Shown: positions 1 through 10,379, counted from the first letter of the stretch. The stretch is DNA of 64,000 nt from Bacteroidales bacterium (GCA_017516865.1 JAFXAU010000020.1:57711-121710); one strand, 5' to 3'. Notes: a model not told the origin generated them from the letters alone. Translations and numbers: made by a program.

Positions 1-1160
1 ATCAGCCAAAGCACGATGAAGATAAGGTTGAATATAATGCAAGTTACTCGGCCTCCGACAAACATGATGGAATTTTTGAATAATGGATCGTCGGCAAGTT
101 TTGCCATTTTTTTCATGCACAAATAATTTCCGCTCCATAATATGCAACTGCATAAGAACAGAGGCAATCCGGCAACTAATAACATGCAGTTCCATATTAG
201 TTGGAATGCAGAATAGCCTTTTTCTTTAATTATTTCGTATGAAAAATTTTTCTTTGTGCGGAGAGATTCAAATTCTTTGAGTTTTTCTTTTATGGAAGGT
301 AAAAAAGAATTAGCGGACGAAATTTCGTTTTCGACAATTTCAATAGTTTTTTTGTCTGTCAGGAATTGTCGAGTCTGGCGATTCCCTTTGACTGGAAATT
401 TGCTTTCGGTGGTTTCCCGACAGATTTCTCTAACTTGTTCAATGAGGTAATAATCGTCGTCCATCTGTGGAATGTCCAACATGCACTCTCTCATTCCTGC
501 GTCAATGGCGTCTTTTATGTCGTTTTCGGCCTGTTTGGGATTTTCCTGCATCAACGAAATGTATTTTTTTACAGGAATAGGTTCGCCAATCTTTACAAAT
601 AAATCGGTACGGATTTTTTTGTAGTCATCGTAGTAAACCCCGACAGGATTGATGTTTATGTCAAGATTGTAGTTGTTTCGTTGTTCGGCAACTTCAACCA
701 AACGTGAGATTGCTTTCCTTGTTTGTCGCAGACGGCGGAAGCCCCAGTGAGTTCCTTCGGGAAATATTCCAACGGTTTTGTGTGCCGTTAGAACGTCGGC
801 TATTTTTTCGAAAACTATGTCGTTGTTTTCCAGATTTTTAAGTCCGTCTCTTTGGCGAAATATCGGTAAGATTTTGAAACAGTGGAGAATAGGAATCAAA
901 GCTTTCTTTTTGTACAAATCGGCACGGGCAAGCCATGTGATTTGATGTGAAAGTGTGCCGACCAAAGCCAGTGGATCCATGGCTGTGTTTTGGTGATTTA
1001 TGGCAAAAATTGTTGCCGTATTTTTCTGAATATTTTTTTTGCCGACAACGGTAATGTTCTTGTACCATAAAAGAAACCAAGGTAAAAGCCATGCATTTCG
1101 AATAAAGAAATGTCCAAAATCAAATTTCTCGGGAGTTCCTAAATCTAGTTTCTGCGACAT
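1..1160 (-). CDS. PlsC-family lysophospholipid / 1-acylglycerol-3-phosphate acyltransferase; C-terminal end lies outside the window
   Basis: Not in the ORF track because there is no stop inside the window. Hand translation of the minus strand from ATG 1160..1158 gives MSQKLDLGTPEKFDFGHFFIRNAWLLPWFLLWYKNITVVGKKNIQKNTATIFAINHQNTAMDPLALVG...HKTVGIFPEGTHWGFRRL... and stays open to nt 1. It has the acyltransferase NHQ..D and FPEGT blocks and hydrophobic C-terminal segments. It starts 2 nt after the lpxD stop. Confidence 0.8.
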   Translation of the reverse strand, partial: MSQKLDLGTPEKFDFGHFFIRNAWLLPWFLLWYKNITVVGKKNIQKNTATIFAINHQNTAMDPLALVGTLSHQITWLARADLYKKKALIPILHCFKILPIFRQRDGLKNLENNDIVFEKIADVLTAHKTVGIFPEGTHWGFRRLRQTRKAISRLVEVAEQRNNYNLDININPVGVYYDDYKKIRTDLFVKIGEPIPVKKYISLMQENPKQAENDIKDAIDAGMRECMLDIPQMDDDYYLIEQVREICRETTESKFPVKGNRQTRQFLTDKKTIEIVENEISSANSFLPSIKEKLKEFESLRTKKNFSYEIIKEKGYSAFQLIWNCMLLVAGLPLFLCSCILWSGNYLCMKKMAKLADDPLFKNSIMFVGGRVTCIIFNLIFIVLWL

Positions 1161-1162
1161 GA

Positions 1163-2230
1163 TTATTCCTTTTTGTTGTTTCCTAATTGGGCTTGTAACT
1201 CTGCGACTTGTTTCTTTAAATCGTTCATTTCTTTTACAATTTTATTCAAGTTGCGGAAGTGAACATAGGTACGTTTAAACTCATGTCCTTCGAATGCAGG
1301 AGCGCCCATCAGTCGTGCGTTGTCGGGAACGTCTGCAAAAATTCCTGATTTTCCACCACATTGAACACCGTTACCAATGTGAAGATGACCAGCAATACCT
1401 GTCTGTCCGCCAATCATACAGTTGTTACCCATTTTGGTTGAACCTGCAACACCCGATTGTCCTGCAATAACGCAGTCGGAACCGATAACACAGTTGTGAC
1501 CGATTTGAATGAGATTGTCGATTTTTGTTCCGTGTTCAATGACTGTGGAACCCATTGTGGCTCTGTCGATTGTGGCATTTGCACCGATTTCTACGTTGTC
1601 TTTCAAAATGACGTTACCTGTTTGCGGAATTTTCATATATGTACCATCTTCCAACGGTGCAAAACCAAATCCGTCGGATCCCACGATGGAGCCTGGCTGC
1701 AAAATACAGTTGTCGCCGATTTCGCATTCGTTCAAAATAATGGAGCCTGCATGGATTAGACAGTTTTTTCCAATTTTTGCGTAAGGATAAATAGTCACGT
1801 TCGGGTAGATTTTACATCCGTCGCCGATTTCGGCATGTGCTCCTATAGAAACATAGTCGCCCACGTAGACGTTTTTGCCAATTTTTGCCTTGCGGTGAAT
1901 GTGCGATCTCAAAGAGATACCTTTCAGTTTTTTGTTTTCCTTTTCTTTCTGGTAAAACACCAATAACTTCGTGAATGAAGAATATGGGTCGTCAACGCGG
2001 ATAAGAGTTGACGAAATTGGTTTGTCGGGTACGAAACTTTTGCTACACACTATCGCTGTTGCATTTGTCGTGTAGATGTACGGGGTGTATTTAGGATTTG
2101 CAAGAAAGGTAATAGAACCTTCGCGTCCTTCTTCGATTTTTGAAACTCGAACAATTTTTGCATTTTCGTCGCCCTCAACTACACCGTCAAGAGCTTGGGC
2201 AATACGTGCTGCCGTAAATTCAAACTTCAT
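1163..2230 (-). CDS. lpxD: UDP-3-O-acylglucosamine N-acyltransferase
   Basis: 355 aa. Long left-handed hexapeptide-repeat region with [17 protein letters not shown] and AGQSGVAGS blocks, plus the typical N-terminal LpxD domain (ITFLANPKY). Confidence 0.9.
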   Translation of the reverse strand: MKFEFTAARIAQALDGVVEGDENAKIVRVSKIEEGREGSITFLANPKYTPYIYTTNATAIVCSKSFVPDKPISSTLIRVDDPYSSFTKLLVFYQKEKENKKLKGISLRSHIHRKAKIGKNVYVGDYVSIGAHAEIGDGCKIYPNVTIYPYAKIGKNCLIHAGSIILNECEIGDNCILQPGSIVGSDGFGFAPLEDGTYMKIPQTGNVILKDNVEIGANATIDRATMGSTVIEHGTKIDNLIQIGHNCVIGSDCVIAGQSGVAGSTKMGNNCMIGGQTGIAGHLHIGNGVQCGGKSGIFADVPDNARLMGAPAFEGHEFKRTYVHFRNLNKIVKEMNDLKKQVAELQAQLGNNKKE

Positions 2231-2319
2231 AATTTTTTATTTTTTACAAAGTTAATAGATTTTGTTTCTTCTTTGGTCGTGAATTTAGAAAACTTTGGCT
2301 CACATGCTGAATTTTATAC

Positions 2320-2327
2320 TATTTTTG
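2320..2327 (+). promoter_or_regulatory. Bacteroidetes-type -7 box TAnnTTTG (TATTTTTG)
   Basis: Exact match to the TAnnTTTG consensus, 13 nt upstream of ATG 2341. Confidence 0.4.
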
Positions 2328-2340
2328 TGTTTGTTTTAAA

Positions 2341-3447
2341 ATGAGACAGTTTCTTTTTATATTAATACCATTCTTTTTAGCGGCGTGTGCATCGCACGAA
2401 GGAGTTGTGTCGTATTGCGAAAGAGACGGTTATTCTATGGATGGAATACAACTGCGTGGGGCGGCATATTCCACTCCGATAAAAACGCCAGACAATACTA
2501 TTGTGTTGGGTACGCATAAGAAATCAATTTATTTTCTGACAACCAACGATACCATACAGACGGAGCATCGCAAAAATCTTCCCATGCATTCCAAATCGAC
2601 AATAGTTAATTCGTATCGGGCAAAATTGTGGATTCATGCGACCCCGGAGATTGTTTTTGATTCGTTGGTTGCGATTGGCTCGTATGATGGCAATATGTAT
2701 TTTTTTAGATTCAATGGTGAATTGTATAAAAAAATCAAGATGGGTGGACGCATTTATACGAATCCAGTTCAGCTGGGCGACGATTGTATAGCATTTGGTT
2801 TGGGGTTTAAAGGGTTGAAACTGTATAATATATTGAACGACAGTCTTTTGATTGTGAATTTGAAACGCCTCACTCATGGTAGTCCTACTGTTATGAACGA
2901 AAATTTAGTCTGCATAGGTGGAAATGATAAAACCATGCATTTTATTGATAAACAGGGTAATGAACTATCGCAATTCAAGGCCGAAGGTTGGATAATGCAT
3001 TCAAAAGCTTTGTTGTTGTCGGATTCGGTGGTTGTGTTTGGTTCGTATGATAATAATTTGTATTCGGTTTCTTCTTCGGGAAATCTAGAATGGAAATATA
3101 CCACTAACGGCAAAATACATGCATCTCCCCAGCAATTTGCAAACGGAAATATTATTTGTGGTTCCTTTGATAAAAACATATATGTTTTGTCGCCACAGGG
3201 CAATTTAATTTCGAAAATACCGACGGGTAAACGAGTTGTTTCATCGGCTGCGATTATTGGCGATTATGCTATTGTTGGTTCGTACGACAAAAACCTGTAT
3301 GTGATAAATTCCAAGGGCGAGGTGGTAAAAAGAATGTTTGTCGGTGGAAAAATCTTTTCCTCGCCGATAATATTAGACGATGGTACGTTTTTTTGTGCTA
3401 CGACCAAAGGGAAGGCCTTTTTTGTAAATTACAAGATTGCCGAGTAG
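2341..3447 (+). CDS. PQQ-like (BamB-like) beta-propeller repeat lipoprotein
   Basis: 368 aa. Lipoprotein signal MRQFLFILIPFFLAAC. Repeated G(S/G)YD.N(L/M)Y.(V/F) blade motifs (GSYDGNMYFF, GGNDKTMHFI, GSYDNNLYSV, GSFDKNIYVL, GSYDKNLYVI). Confidence 0.75.
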   Translation: MRQFLFILIPFFLAACASHEGVVSYCERDGYSMDGIQLRGAAYSTPIKTPDNTIVLGTHKKSIYFLTTNDTIQTEHRKNLPMHSKSTIVNSYRAKLWIHATPEIVFDSLVAIGSYDGNMYFFRFNGELYKKIKMGGRIYTNPVQLGDDCIAFGLGFKGLKLYNILNDSLLIVNLKRLTHGSPTVMNENLVCIGGNDKTMHFIDKQGNELSQFKAEGWIMHSKALLLSDSVVVFGSYDNNLYSVSSSGNLEWKYTTNGKIHASPQQFANGNIICGSFDKNIYVLSPQGNLISKIPTGKRVVSSAAIIGDYAIVGSYDKNLYVINSKGEVVKRMFVGGKIFSSPIILDDGTFFCATTKGKAFFVNYKIAE

Positions 3448-3460
3448 GGTAAAATGTATT

Positions 3461-4270
3461 TTATACTCTATTCGGAGCAACAAACAACGTTCCGATGTCT
3501 TTCCCGTCGAAAATGTCGAATAATATTTCTGGAGAGTCACCGTTGGCGATAATTGTGTCGATATTGTCTTTGTGACAGATTTTAACGGCGGAAATTTTCG
3601 TGGACATACCTCCTGTGCCAAAACTTGTTCCAGCAGAACCGGCGGCGTTCGAAACTTTTTCATTCACTTCGGTGATGATGGAAATTCGTTTTGCATCGGG
3701 ATTTTTACGAGGATCTTTATCGAAAAATCCGTCAATATCCGAAAGAATAATGAGTAAATCTGCCTTGCATATCGAAGCCACCATTGCCGACAATGTGTCG
3801 TTGTCGCCGATTTCAATTTCGTCTGTCGAAACGGTGTCGTTCTCGTTCACAATAGGTACGGCACCCATTTCTAGAAGCTTAGCAAACGTGTTTTCTGCAT
3901 TTTTGTGCTTTTCCACGTTTGTAATCACATCTGACGTCAGTAGAATTTGTCCGACTTTTATAGTATGTTGGTCGAAAAATTTTCGATAGATTTTGGCAAG
4001 AATAGCCTGTCCAATAGCAGCCATGGCTTGTTTCCCAGGTATAGTGCTCGGACGTTTTTTGTATCCCATTTTCCCGACGCCGACAGCAATTGCTCCAGAC
4101 GAAACCAAAACTACTTGTCTACCTTGTTGTTGTAAGGTAGAAATAACATTGGTAATATGTTCGAAACGGCGTAGATTTAGTCTGCCGTTCGGGAACGTGA
4201 GTGATGACGTTCCAATTTTTATTACAATTCGTTTTTTATCTGCCAGAGCTTTTCTATAATCCATTTCCAT
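3461..4270 (-). CDS. proB: Glutamate 5-kinase (short form, no PUA domain)
   Basis: KRIVIKIGTSSLT, VVLVSSGAIAVG, VPIVNENDTVSTDEI and GTGGMSTKI blocks. The ORF track extends to a TTG at 4285; ATG candidates are at 4270 and 4264, so the start is uncertain. Confidence 0.85.
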   Translation of the reverse strand: MEMDYRKALADKKRIVIKIGTSSLTFPNGRLNLRRFEHITNVISTLQQQGRQVVLVSSGAIAVGVGKMGYKKRPSTIPGKQAMAAIGQAILAKIYRKFFDQHTIKVGQILLTSDVITNVEKHKNAENTFAKLLEMGAVPIVNENDTVSTDEIEIGDNDTLSAMVASICKADLLIILSDIDGFFDKDPRKNPDAKRISIITEVNEKVSNAAGSAGTSFGTGGMSTKISAVKICHKDNIDTIIANGDSPEILFDIFDGKDIGTLFVAPNRV

Positions 4271-4308
4271 CAAAATTGTGGGCAAAGATAATAATATTCT
4301 GTTCCGTT

Positions 4309-6444
4309 TTATTTTTGAAGTGATTTAATCATGTCGGAAATTATCTGATATGCTTCGTATAACGTCACATCTTCTTTTATAGATTTATTCCAATCTTCTA
4401 TTCGTTTGCATGCAACGGAATCAAGTGTTGAATTTTCATTCTCCTTGTTTTGGTCAATACCTGCGGCATTCGACAATACTTCCAGTGGTACACTAGCTTT
4501 TCCTGCATTTTTGTATTTCTTCGACAAAGTCAAATCTTCGTCGCTTTTCTTTCGGAATGTGTTGATTTCAAGCGAGATGGATTCTTGATCTTTTGTGTCG
4601 GAAAGCCATTTTGCCGCTTCTTTTATCAGTAGAAACGAAGAATCTTTTTGCGTACGTGCTGCACTTTTCTTTGCTAAATCTTTAATATTCGGTGCTTTGG
4701 GCCAAATCATGTGCTGACTGCTCTTGACTTCCGACCATTGCAAAGGATAGTCGAGTTCTTTTTCTCCAATGTCGATTTTGTCGTATAAGTCAGGTAGGAT
4801 AATATCTGGTTTTACGCCTTGGAACTGCGTTGTTCCTCCATCAATTCTATAGAATTTCTGAATTGTGATTTTTATTGCTCCGAGCGGTTTTTGAGACTGA
4901 TATTCACTCGATACAAGTCTGTCAATATCAACAATTCGTTGCACAGTTCCTTTGCCGTAGGTCGATTCTGTTCCTATGATTATTGCACGTTTGTAATCCT
5001 GCATTGCTGCTGCCAAAATTTCCGAGGCCGAAGCACTGAACGTGTTCACCATTATGGCAAGCGGACCGTCATACAATGTTTTTCCGTCGCGGTCAAGATA
5101 AAGTTTCGGCGAAGAATCCATTGATTTTACTTGGACAATTGGACCTTCTGGAATAAAAAGACCTCCAATTTCAACCACGTCGTTCAGAGAACCACCACCG
5201 TTGTTTCGCAAGTCAATTATAATACCGTCGACATTTGCATTTTTTAGCTTAATTACTTCTTTTTCAATATCTTTCGAGCATTTTCGTCCTCGAGGGTCGT
5301 TCATGTCGGTGTAGAATTGAGGAAGATAAATGTAGCCGATTTTGTAGGCTTTTTTATCTGCTGTCGTAATGACCGTTGACTTTGCATATTTTTCTTCAAG
5401 TACAATCACGTCGCGGATGATTGGAATCTGTACAACCGTTCCGTCAATTTTTTTGACAGTCAAAACCACTTTTGTTCCCTTTGGTCCGCGAATTAGTCTC
5501 ACGGCCTCGTCAAGTCTCATGTCTATGATTTCGACAGGTTCGTTGTCGCCTTGTGCAACTTTCAAAATAATATCTTCAGCCTTAAGTTCGCCTTGCTTCC
5601 ATGAGGGGCTTCCAGGAACTATTTCCACAACTTTTATGTAGCCGTCTTTTTCCGACAATGTTGCTCCAATTCCTTCGAGTTTTCCCGACATAGAAATGTC
5701 GAAATCTTCTTTTTCTGTCGGCGGAAAATAATTCGTGTGCGGGTCGAATGCGCCTGCCATGGCGTTGACGTACGAAGAAAATCTGTCGTTACGCGAGATT
5801 TTTTTCATACGTTTGAATCGTGTCTCGTATCGCTTGATGATTTTTTCGCGAGCTTCTTTTTCTATTTTCGATTCAGTTTTCAAGGTTGCGGTGTCAGATT
5901 CTTCGCGAAGTTTCTTTTGCTCGTTTTCTATACTTACGATTTCTGTAAGGACCTGATATTTAAGGTATTTTGTCCAATACTCTGTCAATTCGCTTTGATT
6001 AGCACAATATTCTCGCTTGTCGGTATTGAGATTTATTGATTCTTTTACATTGTAATCGAACGGTTTTTCCAAAACGCTTTGGTAGAGATTTTGGATTTTA
6101 TCTATTTGTTTGTCAAGCAATTCAATAGAAAGATTGAAAAAATCAAGAGAACTGCTTTTGATTTCGTCGTCTATTTTTGTTTTGTACGATGAAAGAATGT
6201 CAATCTGGTCTTTCGTAAAAAACATTTTGTTGTAATCAAGACTTTTCATGTACAAGTTGAATACGCGTTCCGAATATGTGTCGTCGAGATTTTGGGGACT
6301 GTAATGGAATGATTTGAGAATCTCGTAACTTGTTGCTATAATGAGCTTTTCTTTTGGCTCATTGTTCTCGTATACAAAAAAAGCACCGAGAAAAATTGCC
6401 GATATAAGGACTACCGAAACAGGTATTATTTTCTTTAGATTCAT
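4309..6444 (-). CDS. S41 carboxy-terminal processing (tail-specific) protease
   Basis: 711 aa. N-terminal signal/anchor, a PDZ-like segment (VVEIVPGSPSWKQGELKAEDIILKV), and S41 catalytic blocks DLRNNGGGSL, NTFSASASEILAAAMQDY and GKGTVQ. Confidence 0.9.
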   Translation of the reverse strand: MNLKKIIPVSVVLISAIFLGAFFVYENNEPKEKLIIATSYEILKSFHYSPQNLDDTYSERVFNLYMKSLDYNKMFFTKDQIDILSSYKTKIDDEIKSSSLDFFNLSIELLDKQIDKIQNLYQSVLEKPFDYNVKESINLNTDKREYCANQSELTEYWTKYLKYQVLTEIVSIENEQKKLREESDTATLKTESKIEKEAREKIIKRYETRFKRMKKISRNDRFSSYVNAMAGAFDPHTNYFPPTEKEDFDISMSGKLEGIGATLSEKDGYIKVVEIVPGSPSWKQGELKAEDIILKVAQGDNEPVEIIDMRLDEAVRLIRGPKGTKVVLTVKKIDGTVVQIPIIRDVIVLEEKYAKSTVITTADKKAYKIGYIYLPQFYTDMNDPRGRKCSKDIEKEVIKLKNANVDGIIIDLRNNGGGSLNDVVEIGGLFIPEGPIVQVKSMDSSPKLYLDRDGKTLYDGPLAIMVNTFSASASEILAAAMQDYKRAIIIGTESTYGKGTVQRIVDIDRLVSSEYQSQKPLGAIKITIQKFYRIDGGTTQFQGVKPDIILPDLYDKIDIGEKELDYPLQWSEVKSSQHMIWPKAPNIKDLAKKSAARTQKDSSFLLIKEAAKWLSDTKDQESISLEINTFRKKSDEDLTLSKKYKNAGKASVPLEVLSNAAGIDQNKENENSTLDSVACKRIEDWNKSIKEDVTLYEAYQIISDMIKSLQK

Positions 6445-6607
6445 TATTCAAAAAATTTCCACGAATGTAGAAATTATTATTGAAAGAAAGGTGTTTTGAG
6501 GTCTTTTTTTCGATAGATACGATAAAATTGTCTGTATTACGCAAAAACTATATTGTAATCATAGCTTTTGAAGTTTCAAATTTAATACTTGATTCTTAAC
6601 TTTTTTG

Positions 6608-6615
6608 TATTTTTG
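6608..6615 (+). promoter_or_regulatory. Bacteroidetes-type -7 box TAnnTTTG (TATTTTTG)
   Basis: Exact consensus match, 27 nt upstream of ATG 6643. Confidence 0.4.
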
Positions 6616-6642
6616 AAACCGAAATACTAAGGTTTGGTTGAA

Positions 6643-7686
6643 ATGAATAGAATTTTTCGAAACATTTTCGGTGTGGTGAGCATATTGTTTGTTGTTGTTT
6701 CGTGTAGCGACGAGGGTAGACAATTCTCTGTCTCGTCGTCTCTGCAAGGAATGTTGTACAGCGGCGATTCTGTCGTTTTTGATGTTGTTTCGAAACGGAG
6801 TAAGACACCCGATTCTGTCGTGGTGGAAGTCGACGGGAAACGATTGGTATATGAACATTCCAATCGTTGTGTGTTGTCTACCGAATGTTTGACATTAGGC
6901 GATAAAACGGTTGCGTTTTTGGTATATTATAAAGGGAAAAAGGAGAAAAACCTTCGTTCTTTGCGTATTCTGTCGGATATTGTTCCTGCTCAATTGCAAT
7001 ATGAAGTGGTAGCATCGTATCCGCATGATAACAAGGCTTATACGCAAGGACTTCAGTACGAAAATGGAAAATTTTATGAAAGTGACGGTCTTTACGGCGA
7101 ATCGACGTTGCGTTTTGTAGATGTTAAAACAGGTAAGACGGAACGTAAATCGGACGTCGAGGAACGCTATTTTGCAGAGGGACTGACGTTGGTTGGAGAT
7201 ACGCTCTATCAGCTTACGTGGCGGGAACAAACCGTTTTTCTGTACGACAAACACACCTTCCAACGATTAGGAATGAAGCCAATAGCAACCGAAGGTTGGG
7301 GAATGTGTTTTGACGGAACATACATTATAGTAAGTGACGGTACCGAATATTTGTATTTTTATGAACCGCAGGATTTTACACTACATCACAAGGTCTCGGT
7401 GTTCGATAATCTTGGTGCTGTTTCTCGTTTGAATGAACTTGAATTTGTACAGGGTTTTGTGTATGCAAATATTTATACAACCGATAAAATTGTAAAAATA
7501 AATCCGAAAAATGGGAAGGTCGCAGCTGAAATTGATTTTACAAATCTGTTATCAGACCAATATCGGACGGAAAATATTGACGTGCTGAATGGCATTGCGT
7601 GGAATCAAGATTCCGACCATTTTTATGTGACAGGAAAACTGTGGCCTCGATTGTTCGAAGTACGTTTGTTTTATAAAGAAAAATGA
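6643..7686 (+). CDS. Glutaminyl-peptide cyclotransferase (plant/bacterial beta-propeller type) with an extra ~110-aa N-terminal domain; lipoprotein
   Basis: YPHDNKAYTQGLQYENGKFYESDGLYGES, LTWRE, EGWG, LNELE and NGIA blocks are typical of the Glu_cyclase_2 family. Signal MNRIFRNIFGVVSILFVVVSC. The ORF track starts at TTG 6634; ATG 6643 is preferred. Confidence 0.8.
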   Translation: MNRIFRNIFGVVSILFVVVSCSDEGRQFSVSSSLQGMLYSGDSVVFDVVSKRSKTPDSVVVEVDGKRLVYEHSNRCVLSTECLTLGDKTVAFLVYYKGKKEKNLRSLRILSDIVPAQLQYEVVASYPHDNKAYTQGLQYENGKFYESDGLYGESTLRFVDVKTGKTERKSDVEERYFAEGLTLVGDTLYQLTWREQTVFLYDKHTFQRLGMKPIATEGWGMCFDGTYIIVSDGTEYLYFYEPQDFTLHHKVSVFDNLGAVSRLNELEFVQGFVYANIYTTDKIVKINPKNGKVAAEIDFTNLLSDQYRTENIDVLNGIAWNQDSDHFYVTGKLWPRLFEVRLFYKEK

Positions 7687-8804
7687 AAATGAAAATGAAA
7701 AAGGTTTTGTTTATCGACCGTGACGGGACAATTCTGCAGGAACCCGCCGACGAACAAGTTGATTCGTTCGAGAAATTTGAATTTGTTCCTAATGTGATTT
7801 CAGCATTGAAATCAATTTGTACATATACTGATTATGAGTTGGTTATGGTAACAAATCAAGACGGACTTGGAACTGATTCTTTCCCCGAAAATACGTTTTG
7901 GCCTGTACATAATAAAATGTTGTCGATTTTGAAGTCCGAAGGTGTTGAGTTTTCAGGAATGCATATTGACGAATCGTTTGAATATGAAAATAAGCCGACA
8001 AGAAAACCCGGCATAGGAATGCTGCAAGAATATTTGAACGGCGACTATGACTTGTCTCATTCATACGTTATTGGAGACAGAAATACCGATGCGATAATGG
8101 CAGAAAACCTTGGTTGCAAGTCACTGATTATTAAAGGGAATCATCTTGACGAATCAAAATTGCCCTCTTCGTGTGAATTAGTTTCTGGTTCGTGGAACGA
8201 GATAGCCCATTTTCTTACATTTCCACCTCGTCGCGCTCATGTTGTAAGAAATACAAATGAGACAAAAATAGAGATTGAGTTGTTGCTCGACGGTCAAGGA
8301 AAGTCGGAAATATCAACAGGAATAGGATTTTTCGACCACATGTTGGAGCAATTGGCACGTCATTCAAATTGTGATGTAAAAATCAAGGTTAAAGGCGATT
8401 TACACGTTGATGAACATCATACGATTGAAGATACTGGACTTGCGTTGGGTGAGGCGTTTTTGCAGGCGTTGGGAAAAAAGGAACGCATTGAACGATATGG
8501 ATTCCTTCTTCCGATGGACGATTCGCTTGCACAAGTTGCCATTGATTTTTCTGGACGTCCGTGGTTGGTATGGAATGTTGAATTTAAACGGGAAATGGTT
8601 GGAGAAATGCCGACAGAAATGGTATTTCATTTCTTCAAATCGTTCAGCGATGCGGCAAAATGCAATTTGAATATTCAGGTTGCTGGCGACAATGAACATC
8701 ATAAGATAGAGGCAATTTTCAAAGCTTGGGCAAAATCTATAAAAATGGCGGTTTCACGGAACGTAAATAATCAGCTTTTGCCTTCTACAAAAGGAACGTT
8801 ATAA
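7683..8804 (+). CDS. hisB: Bifunctional histidinol-phosphatase / imidazoleglycerol-phosphate dehydratase
   Basis: 373 aa. N-terminal HAD motif FIDRDGT and C-terminal IGPD motifs (GDLHVDEHHTIEDTGLALG, GDNEHHKIEA). ATGA start/stop overlap with the upstream gene. Confidence 0.92.
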   Translation: MKMKMKKVLFIDRDGTILQEPADEQVDSFEKFEFVPNVISALKSICTYTDYELVMVTNQDGLGTDSFPENTFWPVHNKMLSILKSEGVEFSGMHIDESFEYENKPTRKPGIGMLQEYLNGDYDLSHSYVIGDRNTDAIMAENLGCKSLIIKGNHLDESKLPSSCELVSGSWNEIAHFLTFPPRRAHVVRNTNETKIEIELLLDGQGKSEISTGIGFFDHMLEQLARHSNCDVKIKVKGDLHVDEHHTIEDTGLALGEAFLQALGKKERIERYGFLLPMDDSLAQVAIDFSGRPWLVWNVEFKREMVGEMPTEMVFHFFKSFSDAAKCNLNIQVAGDNEHHKIEAIFKAWAKSIKMAVSRNVNNQLLPSTKGTL

Positions 8805-8819
8805 TATACAGCATTAAAT

Positions 8820-9578
8820 ATGAAATTGATTTCGTACAACGTGAACGGCATTCGTGCCGCAATTTCTAAAGGGTTCATGGAATGGCTCGAAGCCGAGATG
8901 CCTGATGTGATTCATATTCAAGAGACTAAGGCCATGCAGGAGCAAGTCAATGTAGATATGTTGCGTATGTTTGGATATGAAATTCATTGGTTCGCGGCCG
9001 AACGCAAGGGCTACAGCGGCGTGGCAACGTTTACCAAGCTGAAACCGAAGAACGTGGTGAAAGGCATTGGAAACGATTTCTTCGACAGCGAAGGCCGTTT
9101 TCTTCGTCTTGATTTTGAAGAATTTACGCTGATAAATTCCTATTTTCCTTCGGGAACTTCGGGCGACGTCCGTCAGGAGAAGAAGGAGGAGTATCTTGAA
9201 TTGGTACTGAACTACACGAACGAGTTGCGGAAGACGCGTCCAAACATCATAGTTTCAGGCGATTACAATATTTGCCATAAGCCAATCGACATCAATCACC
9301 CCGAAAAGCACGAAGACGTGTCTGGTTTTTTGCCGAACGAACGCGAATGGATGGACAGATTTGTGGCGAGTGGTTTTGTTGACAGCTTCCGTGAGTTCAA
9401 CACACAACCCGAACAATATTCGTGGTGGAGCTACCGTGGCGGTTGCAAGCCGAAAAATCTTGGCTGGCGCATTGACTACAATATGGTCAGCACCGATTTG
9501 GCAAAAAAAATGAAAAATGCCTGGATTCAGCCAGAACTGAATTTTTCGGATCATTGTCCAGTATTTGTGGAATTTTAA
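8820..9578 (+). CDS. xth: Exodeoxyribonuclease III
   Basis: 252 aa. MKLISYNVNGIRAA, IQETK, GDYNICH and SDHCPV blocks of the EEP/Xth family. Confidence 0.92.
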   Translation: MKLISYNVNGIRAAISKGFMEWLEAEMPDVIHIQETKAMQEQVNVDMLRMFGYEIHWFAAERKGYSGVATFTKLKPKNVVKGIGNDFFDSEGRFLRLDFEEFTLINSYFPSGTSGDVRQEKKEEYLELVLNYTNELRKTRPNIIVSGDYNICHKPIDINHPEKHEDVSGFLPNEREWMDRFVASGFVDSFREFNTQPEQYSWWSYRGGCKPKNLGWRIDYNMVSTDLAKKMKNAWIQPELNFSDHCPVFVEF

Positions 9579-9605
9579 GATTTCGAGAACTACAATATTT
9601 AAGAA

Positions 9606-10379
9606 ATGATAAAAGATTATATTAATAAAATAATTTGTGGAGATTGTCTTAAAACAATGAAACAAATGCCAGACAAAAGTATTGACTTGATTGTAACCTC
9701 ACCTCCATACAATCTAAAAAATTCTACAGGGAATGGTATGAAACCCTGTACAACAAGTGGTAAGTGGGCAGGAGCAGCATTACAAAATGGTTATGCAAAT
9801 TATGATGACAATATGCCAACGGACAAATATAATGAGTGGCAACATGATTGTTTGGCTGAAATGTGGCGATTGTTAACGGATGACGGTGCAATATTTTATA
9901 ATCATAAATGGAGAGTTCAAGCAGGATTACTTCAAGATAGAAGCGAAATAGTTAAAGATTTTCCTGTACGTCAAATAATTATATGGCGAAGAAAAGGAGG
10001 AATAAATTTTAATCCCGGATACTTTTTACCTACGTATGAAGTGATATATTTGATAGCAAAACCAGATTTTAAACTTGTGCCAAAGGCAAATGCAGTTGGA
10101 GATGTATGGGAATTTACCCAAGAGTTAAAAAATGGTCACCCTGCTCCATTCCCTGTTGCTTTGATTGATAGGATTATTTCTTCTACTTCTGCAAAAATTG
10201 TATTAGATCCATTTATGGGAAGTGGTACTACTGCTGTTGCTGCTATTGCAAACAAACGACAATATATTGGCATAGAACTATCTCCTGAATATTGTAAAAT
10301 GGCTGAAGAAAGAATTTTAATAAATTCATATAAAAAAGAATTATTTAAACCAGAACAACAAACGCTTTTTGCTTTATGA
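9606..10379 (+). CDS. Type II DNA methyltransferase, beta class (motif IV SPPY precedes motif I); probably N4-cytosine specific
   Basis: 257 aa. DLIVTSPPYN (motif IV) lies near the N-terminus and VLDPFMGSGTTAVAA (motif I, FxGxG) near the C-terminus. HPAPFPVAL block present. The stop overlaps the start of the next gene (ATGA at 10376..10379). Confidence 0.85.
   Translation: MIKDYINKIICGDCLKTMKQMPDKSIDLIVTSPPYNLKNSTGNGMKPCTTSGKWAGAALQNGYANYDDNMPTDKYNEWQHDCLAEMWRLLTDDGAIFYNHKWRVQAGLLQDRSEIVKDFPVRQIIIWRRKGGINFNPGYFLPTYEVIYLIAKPDFKLVPKANAVGDVWEFTQELKNGHPAPFPVALIDRIISSTSAKIVLDPFMGSGTTAVAAIANKRQYIGIELSPEYCKMAEERILINSYKKELFKPEQQTLFAL

Noticed and set aside
256-1278. Several 60-84 aa ORFs from the track at the left edge.
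   Set aside because: They lie inside or antisense to the uninterrupted acyltransferase reading frame (1..1160, minus strand), which has clear family motifs.
6559-6863. Three overlapping 70-99 aa minus-strand ORFs in the prc / cyclase intergenic region and the cyclase 5' end.
   Set aside because: They overlap each other in different frames and also the cyclase signal-peptide region. The region more plausibly holds divergent promoters (TATTTTTG box at 6608).
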